DNA from: Candidatus Enterousia sp.
Lineage (GTDB): Bacteria > Pseudomonadota > Alphaproteobacteria > Rs-D84
NCBI GenBank assembly: GCA_045539815.1
Contig: JAZQGC010000010.1
Coordinates: 27,583-91,582 of the forward strand
Reading direction: 5' to 3'
Length of the DNA: 64,000 bases
Part shown: positions 35,440-44,181 of the stretch, piece after piece
How positions within the stretch are numbered: the stretch's first letter is position 1
How the letters are laid out: each line of letters begins with the position of its first letter
The notes under the pieces: generated by a model
Seen by the model: the letters and a program-made list of their open reading frames with translations, nothing else
What the model was told of the DNA's origin: nothing
Database searches by the model: none
Position numbers and translations under genes: made by a program

Positions 35440-36657
35440 ATGACATTTAATGATATTTTAAAAGAATCTTGGTTATCAATCAGTGGCAACAAAATACGTT
35501 CTTTTTTAACTGTTTTGGGTATTATTATTGGTGTTATGGCCGTTGTGATAATGGTCGCCGTTGGCGAGACTGTACAAAAACAAATCACGGACCAGTTTTC
35601 ATCGCTGGGGACAAATACAATAATGATACGCGCTGGCGCGGCGCAAAGCGCGGGTGTACGCACGGGAAATCGTCACACATTAACAATCCAAGACGCAGAA
35701 TTTATTGGTAAATTGCCAGATGTTATGGCTGTAACTCCTGTTCAAAATGGGGCGGCACAGGTAATTTATGGTAATAAAAACTGGGCGACATCGATGGTTG
35801 GTGTATATCCAGACTATACAACGGTTCAAAATGTTGAAATTGAATATGGGACATTTTTTGATAATTCTGCGGTTCGTAATGCGTCAACCTATGCGGTTAT
35901 TGGACCAGAAACGGCCCAGGAATTAGGTTTACCAACCAACCCCGTGGGCGAGGTTATTCGTATTCAAAATACGCCATTTGTAATTATCGGTGTAACCAAG
36001 GCCAAGGGCGATTCTGCCATGGGCAGCCAGGATGATATGGTAATTATTCCAATAACAACATTGAAAAAGCGTTTACAAGGGTCGCGTTTTCCAAATTCTG
36101 TTAATATGGTTGCATTAAAGTTGTTTGCAGATTCTGATAACACCATGGCTATCGAGCAGATGACAGCATTATTGCGTCAGCGTCATCGTCTGAAAGATGA
36201 TGTTGAGGATGATTTCCAGATTATGGATATGAAGCAAATTATGGAAACAATGAATACTGTAACGGGATATTTAAAATTGTTATTAATTGCGATTGCGGCG
36301 GTGTCGCTTTTGGTTGGTGCGATTGGCATTATGAATATGATGTTGGTATCTGTGGCCGAACGCACGCGTGAAATCGGTATACGCAAGGCGATTGGTGCGC
36401 GTGAACGCATGATAATAATTCAATTTTTATCAGAATCTGTTTTAATATCTTTCATCGGTTCGATGATTGGTTTGGTAATTGGTGTTGGTTTATCCCAGGG
36501 CGTTGGCAGATTTATATTGGGTTATAATGTTCCGTTCAGCATATGGCCGGTTGTGTTATCTGTATCTGTTGCTGTAATTGTTGGGTTGTCGTCTGGGGTT
36601 ATGCCTGCGATGAAGGCGGCGAAATTAAATCCGATTGACAGTTTGCGTCATGAATAA
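35440..36657 (+). CDS. ABC transporter permease, MacB/FtsX family
   Basis: 405 aa: TM1, a ~230-aa periplasmic domain, then 3 C-terminal TMs containing ERTREIGIRKAIGA (FtsX-like). Confidence 0.8.
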   Translation: MTFNDILKESWLSISGNKIRSFLTVLGIIIGVMAVVIMVAVGETVQKQITDQFSSLGTNTIMIRAGAAQSAGVRTGNRHTLTIQDAEFIGKLPDVMAVTPVQNGAAQVIYGNKNWATSMVGVYPDYTTVQNVEIEYGTFFDNSAVRNASTYAVIGPETAQELGLPTNPVGEVIRIQNTPFVIIGVTKAKGDSAMGSQDDMVIIPITTLKKRLQGSRFPNSVNMVALKLFADSDNTMAIEQMTALLRQRHRLKDDVEDDFQIMDMKQIMETMNTVTGYLKLLLIAIAAVSLLVGAIGIMNMMLVSVAERTREIGIRKAIGARERMIIIQFLSESVLISFIGSMIGLVIGVGLSQGVGRFILGYNVPFSIWPVVLSVSVAVIVGLSSGVMPAMKAAKLNPIDSLRHE

Positions 36658-36687
36658 AATAACCGCCGTTTGGCGGTTGTTTTTTTA
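36655..36687. terminator. bidirectional intrinsic terminator
   Basis: AACCGCC-GTTT-GGCGGTT plus a T-tract. Confidence 0.7.
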
Positions 36688-38004
36688 TTTTTTCTTGGTT
36701 GCTTCTTTGATTGCCTTGTACCATTTTGATACTGTATCTTTGGAACTGGAATACATTTGATGCAAATCTTTTTGCAGGTTACTGCCCAGTTCATGGGAAA
36801 TTTTTCCACCCCAATCCTGTGCGCGTTCATTTGCTGTTTTTGCAATCCACCATGTCAGCGCCGATATCAGCACAATAATCCATACGCTGTTATTGTTTAA
36901 TGTTGGTGTGTTATTTGCCATATCTACGGTGATTATTGTTGATAACAGTGCGGTACACACGGCGATAATAATAGACATTGAAACAAAGTATAATGCGGCA
37001 TTAATAAATCGTTCTATTTGGACTTTCAAAGATTCTGCGCTGAACAATTTAATAAAACCGTTAAATATATTTCCTGCGATACCCTTGTAACTTGTTTTTC
37101 CAACTGTTTCTGCAATCGCCGTAAAAGGCAACATGATTATCCCCAAAAACAGGTCTGCGATAACCCCGAATGCCACAAAAGCAAATTTCCACGCCAGGTA
37201 AATAAAACCTGTAACAAATCCGATACCGGTCAGAAATGTAAATGCACTTTTACCGATACCCTGTGTTATCCAACCCCATCCGGCAGAAATCGCGGTATAG
37301 CAAAATCCAGACAATCGTGTTGGAACGCACATGATATTTGCTGCGCTGGCCGGGTCTAACAGATTATTTTTTGATATATGTAATGTTGCATATTCATGAA
37401 TTGCCTGGCATGTATCGGGCAGACTGACCCCGGCGGTTGTGCTGACTGCGTCCAGGATAATATCTGCGATATAAGTCCCCAGAAACATTATTGGTGATAT
37501 CACCATCATAAACAGCTTGGCCGGGCCAATGGTTAACACGCTGGTCCATATTGCGACTTGCAGTCCTTTTTTTGCAATTTCTATTAATTTTTCTTTGGCG
37601 TTACTGTCGCCGCGAATAATTGTGTATGCTTCGAACGCAATCCAGAATCCATATGCGATAATGATAAACATTATTACAAAACGCACCAATGATTTATCCA
37701 GCACATCTGCAACAAAAGAAAAAGCGTTCATAAATGCCAATCCGACTTTGGCTTCGATTGGTACATAATTTTCAACCAGTTGTTCTTTGGTTTGTGTGTA
37801 CATTTGATTAAAATCATATGTCAAACTGGACAAGAACCGTTGTCTGTTGTTTTCTGTGGTCCACGAACCAAAATCGCCAATATTTGCCATGCCGACATCT
37901 GTTCCCGCTGTCAGGTTAGATGTCGCCCCCCACGCGCCAGACGCAACAAATACAGCAAATACTGCGATAATAATTTTTGATAAAAATTTCTTTAATATAT
38001 TCAT
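36685..38004 (-). CDS. VirB6/TrbL-like type IV secretion membrane protein, paralog (439 aa)
   Basis: Signal peptide MNILKKFL...ASGAWG, at least 6 TM segments, a central Cys-containing loop, a TM-Pro segment (IIMLPFTAIAE) and a Lys-rich C-terminus. Last gene of a 4-gene overlapping paralog operon. Confidence 0.5.
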   Translation of the reverse strand: MNILKKFLSKIIIAVFAVFVASGAWGATSNLTAGTDVGMANIGDFGSWTTENNRQRFLSSLTYDFNQMYTQTKEQLVENYVPIEAKVGLAFMNAFSFVADVLDKSLVRFVIMFIIIAYGFWIAFEAYTIIRGDSNAKEKLIEIAKKGLQVAIWTSVLTIGPAKLFMMVISPIMFLGTYIADIILDAVSTTAGVSLPDTCQAIHEYATLHISKNNLLDPASAANIMCVPTRLSGFCYTAISAGWGWITQGIGKSAFTFLTGIGFVTGFIYLAWKFAFVAFGVIADLFLGIIMLPFTAIAETVGKTSYKGIAGNIFNGFIKLFSAESLKVQIERFINAALYFVSMSIIIAVCTALLSTIITVDMANNTPTLNNNSVWIIVLISALTWWIAKTANERAQDWGGKISHELGSNLQKDLHQMYSSSKDTVSKWYKAIKEATKKK

Positions 38005-39458
38005 TATTTTTTGCCGATTCTATCAATTACCTTTTTTGTCAGGTCGATTGGTGCGTTAAAAGCTTGTTTTCCTAAATCGTGCAACCAATTACCGTATTCA
38101 AAGAATTGGTCGTCTTTGTTTGGTTTTAAACCCGCCAGTAATTTATCTACCTTGGGGCTAAGCGCATAGAAATACAGCAAGAACAAACATCCCATCATCA
38201 ACATAAATTCCCATGCGTTATCCAAGAAATCAAATGCATCTGGATATTGTCTTTCTACTTCGGCCCTGCGCGCGGTAAAGCAGTTTTTAAATTTTTCCGC
38301 ATCCATTTCACCATCGGCCAGCGCCACAGATTCACATGTTGAAAATACATTCATCACGGACAGTGTTTGTGCATCTGGATTTTGTGGTGTCTGTCCCATC
38401 ATTGGTGGTAATATTGCGCTGTATCCATCGTTTGGTCCCGGGAAAAATGTATCTGCCGCATAAGATACCGTTGCATACACAATCAGAACTTTTAATGTTA
38501 TTGCGACTATTTGTACGGCGGACCTGACCAGAATATCGATTGCGCGTGTTAATAATCCGCTGGCCAGTTTCCATGTTCCTTCAAATGCTGCCGCCCCCAG
38601 AAATAACGGCAGGAATATTATCAAGAATATTAATTTAAATATAATACTCAGAATTTGAAACGCCAAATCAAAACCAATCAGCAAGAACATTAAAACCAGC
38701 GCCAATCCAGAAATCCATGTTAATATGCCTGCGCCCATCCCCAGCCATGCATAATTCATCAGTGCAAATCCGCCTGCGGCCCCCGCCAACATAACACTGT
38801 TGATATTTCCCATAACACACATAAATGGTTGCAGTATTGGGTTTAGTATATCTTTGGATTTATCTGATGTTTTTTCCATTGCATAACATTTTGTGGCATC
38901 ACTGACCCCGGTTGCGGCCATTGATAATTCCGCCCCGACATACATCACAGGTGTAATTGTTATTTGTGTTACGGTTTTCAGCGCACTTGTTCCCCCCATG
39001 CCGATTGCGCCGATTAATGTTCCAACAATCATCAGTCGTAATGCCAGTTTCCAAACCTTGTCAAACCAGCCCTTGAACGCTAATTTTTTTTCCTTTTTAT
39101 CCAATGTTGTTGTTGTCTTGGCCGCGTCAAACAGATATTGCCCGGTATGTATAAACAAGAATATTCCAAACCCAACAACCATCAGTATCCACAGGTTATC
39201 CAGCATTGCTGTCCAAAATTTTTGTGTTGCATCACCCAGCACATAGAATAAATCTGCAATATATTTACATAAAAAGCACCCATTTGCAGATGCGATATCG
39301 CCATTTTGTACACCAATTGCGACCATAAAATTATCCAAACTGGTGTATGTTAACGCGGCCCCACCCAGCGCAGCAGATAAATACCATACCCCCAATCCCA
39401 ATGCGATAACCCACATCAGTATTTTTGCACCCAGTAAAATAAGGTTTTGTTTCAGCAT
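38004..39458 (-). CDS. VirB6/TrbL-like type IV secretion membrane protein, paralog (484 aa)
   Basis: Polytopic, with CFLCKYIADLF near the N-terminus and FLPLFLGAAAFEGTWKL, which resembles the TrbL/VirB6 P..F...T..W region. 1-nt overlaps with both neighbours. Confidence 0.5.
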   Translation of the reverse strand: MLKQNLILLGAKILMWVIALGLGVWYLSAALGGAALTYTSLDNFMVAIGVQNGDIASANGCFLCKYIADLFYVLGDATQKFWTAMLDNLWILMVVGFGIFLFIHTGQYLFDAAKTTTTLDKKEKKLAFKGWFDKVWKLALRLMIVGTLIGAIGMGGTSALKTVTQITITPVMYVGAELSMAATGVSDATKCYAMEKTSDKSKDILNPILQPFMCVMGNINSVMLAGAAGGFALMNYAWLGMGAGILTWISGLALVLMFLLIGFDLAFQILSIIFKLIFLIIFLPLFLGAAAFEGTWKLASGLLTRAIDILVRSAVQIVAITLKVLIVYATVSYAADTFFPGPNDGYSAILPPMMGQTPQNPDAQTLSVMNVFSTCESVALADGEMDAEKFKNCFTARRAEVERQYPDAFDFLDNAWEFMLMMGCLFLLYFYALSPKVDKLLAGLKPNKDDQFFEYGNWLHDLGKQAFNAPIDLTKKVIDRIGKK

Positions 39459-40657
39459 TATTTATCTGTCTTTTTTTCTTCTGTTTTTCCGCCATTGACG
39501 ATTGTTTTACCAACAGTAACCGCATTATCAAATGCTTTTTTGGTCAGTGTCATCATATCATTAGCGAACTGATCGCCATATTTTGTATTTTCTTCTACAT
39601 TAAATGCAGACAAGACCATTTTTGTAACCTGGGGTATTTGATCGAATATATAATTTAGTACATATACCAACGCAACACAACCAATCAATGTCATTGCGTA
39701 CAGATTATCCGTGTTTAAATCGTCTGCGTATATCTGTCCGCTGGTGATTGCGTCCATCAGTGAATTTATATTTGCATCTGGTGCAGAAAAGAATTTTGCG
39801 ATTATCACCATGATAACAGTATATGTTAATACCACAGACCCCAATGTAACAATTGCATTTATCAGGTTTTTAATTTGACCGATACCAACATTTTTACCCA
39901 ATCCCCCAATCCATTTTGGAACATGTTCTGCCCCAGAAAAAGGTATTGTTATCAATGATACCGGGAAAAAGAACGCAAAGAACGCCATTGCAATGATTGC
40001 ATCTGCAAAATAACAACAATATTTAAAGAATATCTTCAAGAATCCCCACGCAATATACATCCCAATAATAAACAACAGTACATGTTTGATAAAGTTTCCA
40101 ATTCCCAATAACGCCCCCCATGAAAACGCGTTATCCATAACCGCAATCCCCAGTTTCATATAAGACTGGAATTGGGTAATTGTTGTTTTCATCAGCATTA
40201 TTATTTTATCGCGCAGTTCTGGTCTGAAAAAACCATCTTCATCCAATTCTTGTGGTTCATAAGTTACGATATCATTTACTGTATCATCATCGGAATTTAT
40301 CATTGTTTGTGAATACAGCAATGTTATTTCTGCCACAGGTTCAAATGTAACAGTTGTTATAAATCGTGGTAATCCAACCCCAAATCCCAACAGGGTTAAC
40401 GCCACAACGGCAGATATAATCACACGCACCACAGATTTTTGTAAAAACGGATCGGGCGCACCCTTTTTCATATTTTGAAAAACGGCATTAAAAACAAATG
40501 CGGTAAACATAAACGCGAACGCAATAACACAGACCTGTCCAAATGTTTCATATACTGATGCGGCGGCGTTTGATATTATTTCAAACAGCTTATCAAATAC
40601 TGCGCACCCCCAGCATTGGACATTGTCTTCTATCAAAGAATTTATCCATGTGTTCAT
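39458..40657 (-). CDS. VirB6/TrbL-like type IV secretion membrane protein, paralog (399 aa)
   Basis: Polytopic, with CWGCAVFDKLF near the N-terminus, FFFPVSLITIPFSG and a Lys-rich tail. Confidence 0.5.
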   Translation of the reverse strand: MNTWINSLIEDNVQCWGCAVFDKLFEIISNAAASVYETFGQVCVIAFAFMFTAFVFNAVFQNMKKGAPDPFLQKSVVRVIISAVVALTLLGFGVGLPRFITTVTFEPVAEITLLYSQTMINSDDDTVNDIVTYEPQELDEDGFFRPELRDKIIMLMKTTITQFQSYMKLGIAVMDNAFSWGALLGIGNFIKHVLLFIIGMYIAWGFLKIFFKYCCYFADAIIAMAFFAFFFPVSLITIPFSGAEHVPKWIGGLGKNVGIGQIKNLINAIVTLGSVVLTYTVIMVIIAKFFSAPDANINSLMDAITSGQIYADDLNTDNLYAMTLIGCVALVYVLNYIFDQIPQVTKMVLSAFNVEENTKYGDQFANDMMTLTKKAFDNAVTVGKTIVNGGKTEEKKTDK

Positions 40658-41922
40658 TTTTTCTTAAACCATCCTGTTGCGTCTTTGATTTGTTTGCCCA
40701 TATTTTTTGCACCTTGCCACAAAGCGTTTGTATCGCCAACCACATTTTTATACAAACCATCCATCCCAGAACCAACATATTTTTCCAGTTGTTTCTTGGT
40801 CATATCAAATATTTTGAACATCAAATAAAATGTCAGTATTGCCGAAATCCACATAACGGAATGTTGTCCAAATCCCATTGCGCTTTGTGCAACCTGTGGC
40901 ACGTTTGATGATGCAAATCCGCCTGCGCTGACAACAAATACGGACGAATTCCATTGGAACAGTGCCTTGATTATTGCCACATTTATTGACAATATAAACG
41001 CGCACGCAATCATTGTAACAATCAGTTGTTGTAATGCCTTGGTAATACCGCTGAATGCGGGCCAAATATCAAACCATTTATCGCTGGATTTAAATACATA
41101 TGTCAGAACATAGAACGGATACAGTATTATCTGCATACCGAAATTAAATATGCCTTGAATAATCAACAGCGCCATAAATATATTGCAAGACACAAATGTA
41201 AACACCAAAATAATCCCTGTTATAATATTCATAAAGTCTTCGCCGCCATGCGGTAACAGGGTCATTAACCCGCGTAATCCATTTGTTATAAAATCAAAAC
41301 CGCGCTTAATAACCTGGTTGTTTGCATGTGACAAGTCTGCCACAGGTTGTGTCAAGAATTCGCAAGATTCTGGGGAAATCCATGCTTTTTTTACAATATC
41401 TTCCGGACATTCTACCTTTTTTGTTGACACATCTATTCCGTTAATATTTTCTATGATATGGTTTGTGTAAATTGCACCGAATTCCAGAAACGGATTAATT
41501 AACCATTGCGTCAGATACACCGGTTTCAGTTGTAATAATACCAGTGCCGCGATAACTGCGCGTAATCCTGGTTTTAATACATTTTCAAATATTTTTGTGC
41601 CTGCGACGGGTTTGTCTCCGAAATTATCACCCCCAGACATTCCAAATGCCGACGCCCAACTTTTTGGAATATACAGCTTTACCAGATACAGCACGATACT
41701 TATCCCCAGAAAAGACCAAACGAATACATATATTATACCGTCGCCGTTTCCGACAAAGTATTCATACATACCTGTTGCAACCATCATCAGCGCATCCAGT
41801 ACCATTGGTACAAACGGTGACAGGTCCAGCGCATCAATAATATTTTTGGCGCACGCAACAGATGGCATGAAAAACATTGCGCATATAATCAGACGACAAA
41901 ACAGTTTTTTCAGTAAATTCAT
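40654..41922 (-). CDS. VirB6/TrbL-like type IV secretion membrane protein, paralog (~422 aa)
   Basis: Start taken at MNLLKKLF... (signal peptide ending SVACA). The track ORF extends to 41949. Polytopic, with ILYPFYVLTYVFKSSDKWF. Confidence 0.5.
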   Translation of the reverse strand: MNLLKKLFCRLIICAMFFMPSVACAKNIIDALDLSPFVPMVLDALMMVATGMYEYFVGNGDGIIYVFVWSFLGISIVLYLVKLYIPKSWASAFGMSGGDNFGDKPVAGTKIFENVLKPGLRAVIAALVLLQLKPVYLTQWLINPFLEFGAIYTNHIIENINGIDVSTKKVECPEDIVKKAWISPESCEFLTQPVADLSHANNQVIKRGFDFITNGLRGLMTLLPHGGEDFMNIITGIILVFTFVSCNIFMALLIIQGIFNFGMQIILYPFYVLTYVFKSSDKWFDIWPAFSGITKALQQLIVTMIACAFILSINVAIIKALFQWNSSVFVVSAGGFASSNVPQVAQSAMGFGQHSVMWISAILTFYLMFKIFDMTKKQLEKYVGSGMDGLYKNVVGDTNALWQGAKNMGKQIKDATGWFKKK

Positions 41923-41955
41923 TCTCTCGTAAATAATTATCTTTATCAATTATAT

Positions 41956-41975
41956 CACATTTGTTTCAAAATGTG
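41956..41975. promoter_or_regulatory. 7-bp inverted repeat in the divergent VirB6-like promoter region
   Basis: CACATTT-gtttca-AAATGTG, centred in the 67-bp spacer between the divergent paralog genes. Confidence 0.3.
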
Positions 41976-41989
41976 GTATACTTAAAGCA

Positions 41990-43288
41990 ATGAATCGGTT
42001 AAAAAAATTTTGGATTGTATTTTTGTCTTTTTTGCCGTGTGCATCTGGCGCGGCGGTGCCTTTTTTGGTTGCCGGTGTTGCGGGTGTTGGTGTAATTGCC
42101 GGTTTTTCAATATATCGTTCTTCTGTTCCGGTCAACATGGCGGACGCGTATAAGTTTTTTTCCAGTTGTTGGTCGTGTCAGATGTTTTCTGATATTATGG
42201 CGACAATGTCTGGCCTGTTGCCCCGCGTTTACAGTGCGTTGGGACATACAATTGTCCCGTTTGCAATAATGTTAACTGCCGTATGGTTTGCGTGGACATT
42301 ATTAAGCAGTTTTATGAATTCTTCGATTGAAAAACCATGGAGTATATCTGAAAAGTTTGGTGTTCATGTATTAAAGTTGGGGTTTATATGCGCATTATTG
42401 GTTGCGCCATTGCCCAGGATTTTAACAGATGTTGCCATTGAGCCGATATTTAATATTGGTTTGTCTTTGAATCGTATGGCGGTTCATGATGATGGTTTTG
42501 ATGCGTGTGTTGTTGCGACCGCGTTGGCGGACCCTGTATCGGTTGATACGCGTGCCGCAGAATCTGGCGCGTATTCACCCAAATTGCGCCATAATCTGAC
42601 ATGTGAATTGGCGGGTGTGCATCAGCTGACAGGTATGGGGATGACTGTTGGGTGGACAATGATAAATATGTCATTTGACGCTGATTACATGCACAAAATT
42701 ATGTGGGATATTCCAATATTTCCAAATGTTCCGATGTTTTTTGTCGGTGCATTGGTTTTGATATTATTTTTTATGGCATTGATACCTGTCCCATTATATT
42801 TCTTAGAGGTATTTATAAAATTATCAATGGATTTAATAATGTTGCCATTGATGTTGTTGGGCTGGTTATTTTCTGGTTGGAAAATTTCATTGGCTGGTGC
42901 GGGCAAAACGATTCGTCAGATAATAGACGATGTTGTGTCTGCGTCGCTTGGGATTGCGATGACTGGTATTTTTGTATCTTTTGCGATAATGTTTTTAAAT
43001 GCTGTGTTTGGTGATTGGGCGGGGTCCAGTACACTGGTTGCGGCGTTAAGTTCTGGCGAATCGCAAGGCGCCAAGATATTAATGGATGCATTAATGTTAC
43101 GAAATGATAATTTGATAACAATTATCATGATGGGTATATTTATTGCGATGTTTATGACATCGATACCTGCGCTGGTAAAGTCTTTATTCAGCGTTCAGAT
43201 TTCCACAGATTTTTATAACAAGGTTGAAAGCAACCTTAAAATCATTACTGAAAATGCCAAAAAATGGTACGAATCGTTAAAAAAATAA
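41990..43288 (+). CDS. VirB6/TrbL-like type IV secretion membrane protein, divergent fifth paralog (432 aa)
   Basis: MNRLKKFW... signal peptide, CWSCQMFSDI motif, polytopic, IMLPLMLLGWLFSGWK, Lys-rich tail. Confidence 0.5.
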   Translation: MNRLKKFWIVFLSFLPCASGAAVPFLVAGVAGVGVIAGFSIYRSSVPVNMADAYKFFSSCWSCQMFSDIMATMSGLLPRVYSALGHTIVPFAIMLTAVWFAWTLLSSFMNSSIEKPWSISEKFGVHVLKLGFICALLVAPLPRILTDVAIEPIFNIGLSLNRMAVHDDGFDACVVATALADPVSVDTRAAESGAYSPKLRHNLTCELAGVHQLTGMGMTVGWTMINMSFDADYMHKIMWDIPIFPNVPMFFVGALVLILFFMALIPVPLYFLEVFIKLSMDLIMLPLMLLGWLFSGWKISLAGAGKTIRQIIDDVVSASLGIAMTGIFVSFAIMFLNAVFGDWAGSSTLVAALSSGESQGAKILMDALMLRNDNLITIIMMGIFIAMFMTSIPALVKSLFSVQISTDFYNKVESNLKIITENAKKWYESLKK

Positions 43289-43356
43289 AAAATCAAGCAG
43301 TTTATTTAACCTGGGCCCCTTTTTTATATATTCCGAATCTGATATAATTCATAGCG

Positions 43357-43866
43357 ATGAAAAAGTTTCCGATTCTTTACTGGCCACGCAAAACCAAGGG
43401 TGATGAAGAATATCAGCTCTCGCGCAAGGTTATAAATAACCAGGTTGGGGTTATGCCTGATGTTTGCACAGAAGATATTGATATATCTGCGTTTTTATCA
43501 TCGCATCCTGATGCGGTTATATATTATCCTGTTTTTTGTGGTTCCACGGGGTGGTGGGGCGAATTATTGGGCGGTAATGCGGTTGTCTGTGATAAATTGA
43601 TAATATCATCTGAATGTCAATTGATGGTCATTAAATCCAAGGATAATACAAAATTAAATGGCAAGAATCAGCTGTTGGCTGCGGAAATATACCCCAGCAG
43701 CGGTTTTTTTAAGAAGATGAATTCTTCGATTGCGACAATTACGGATATGTTGGCAACGGACACTGGGACGATATTGGCATTATTTTCTGGGCACAGTTCA
43801 TCCCAGTTTATAAATGTGTTGGAATCGACTGGGAATTCATATCTTGGTTGCATTGGTCGATATTAA
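43357..43866 (+). CDS. hypothetical protein (169 aa)
   Basis: ORF only, with no recognisable motifs. TATAAT at 43343-43348 lies 8 nt upstream of the ATG, with no Shine-Dalgarno sequence. Confidence 0.4.
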   Translation: MKKFPILYWPRKTKGDEEYQLSRKVINNQVGVMPDVCTEDIDISAFLSSHPDAVIYYPVFCGSTGWWGELLGGNAVVCDKLIISSECQLMVIKSKDNTKLNGKNQLLAAEIYPSSGFFKKMNSSIATITDMLATDTGTILALFSGHSSSQFINVLESTGNSYLGCIGRY

Positions 43867-43880
43867 AATGTTATTATTGC

Positions 43881-43908
43881 TTGATTTCTGTAAAAATATT
43901 TGTATAAT
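43881..43908 (+). promoter_or_regulatory. sigma70-type promoter for rpmE
   Basis: TTGATT, 16 nt, TATAAT. Confidence 0.55.
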
Positions 43909-43938
43909 TCGCGGGCTAAAATAAAAAAGGTAAGAACA

Positions 43939-44151
43939 ATGAAACAAGGAATTCATCCTGAATATCATGAAATCAACGTCACCAGAACGGACGGAAAAAC
44001 AATAAAAATGTATTCTTCTGTCAAGAAAGACTTGGTTTTGTCTACTGATAATTTGAATCATTCTGCATGGACAGGTCAGCGTTCAAATGCCGCGGAAAAG
44101 GGGAAGCGTGCATCCAAATTTAACAAGAAATTTGCTGGGTTTAAATTTTAA
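43939..44151 (+). CDS. rpmE: 50S ribosomal protein L31 (no Zn-ribbon CxxC)
   Basis: MKQGIHPEYHEINVTRTDGKT..., with an AAGGTAAG Shine-Dalgarno sequence upstream. The track ORF starts 39 nt earlier. Confidence 0.85.
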   Translation: MKQGIHPEYHEINVTRTDGKTIKMYSSVKKDLVLSTDNLNHSAWTGQRSNAAEKGKRASKFNKKFAGFKF

Positions 44152-44181
44152 GTTTAACTTAAATTTCATGGGGGTTGCGAC

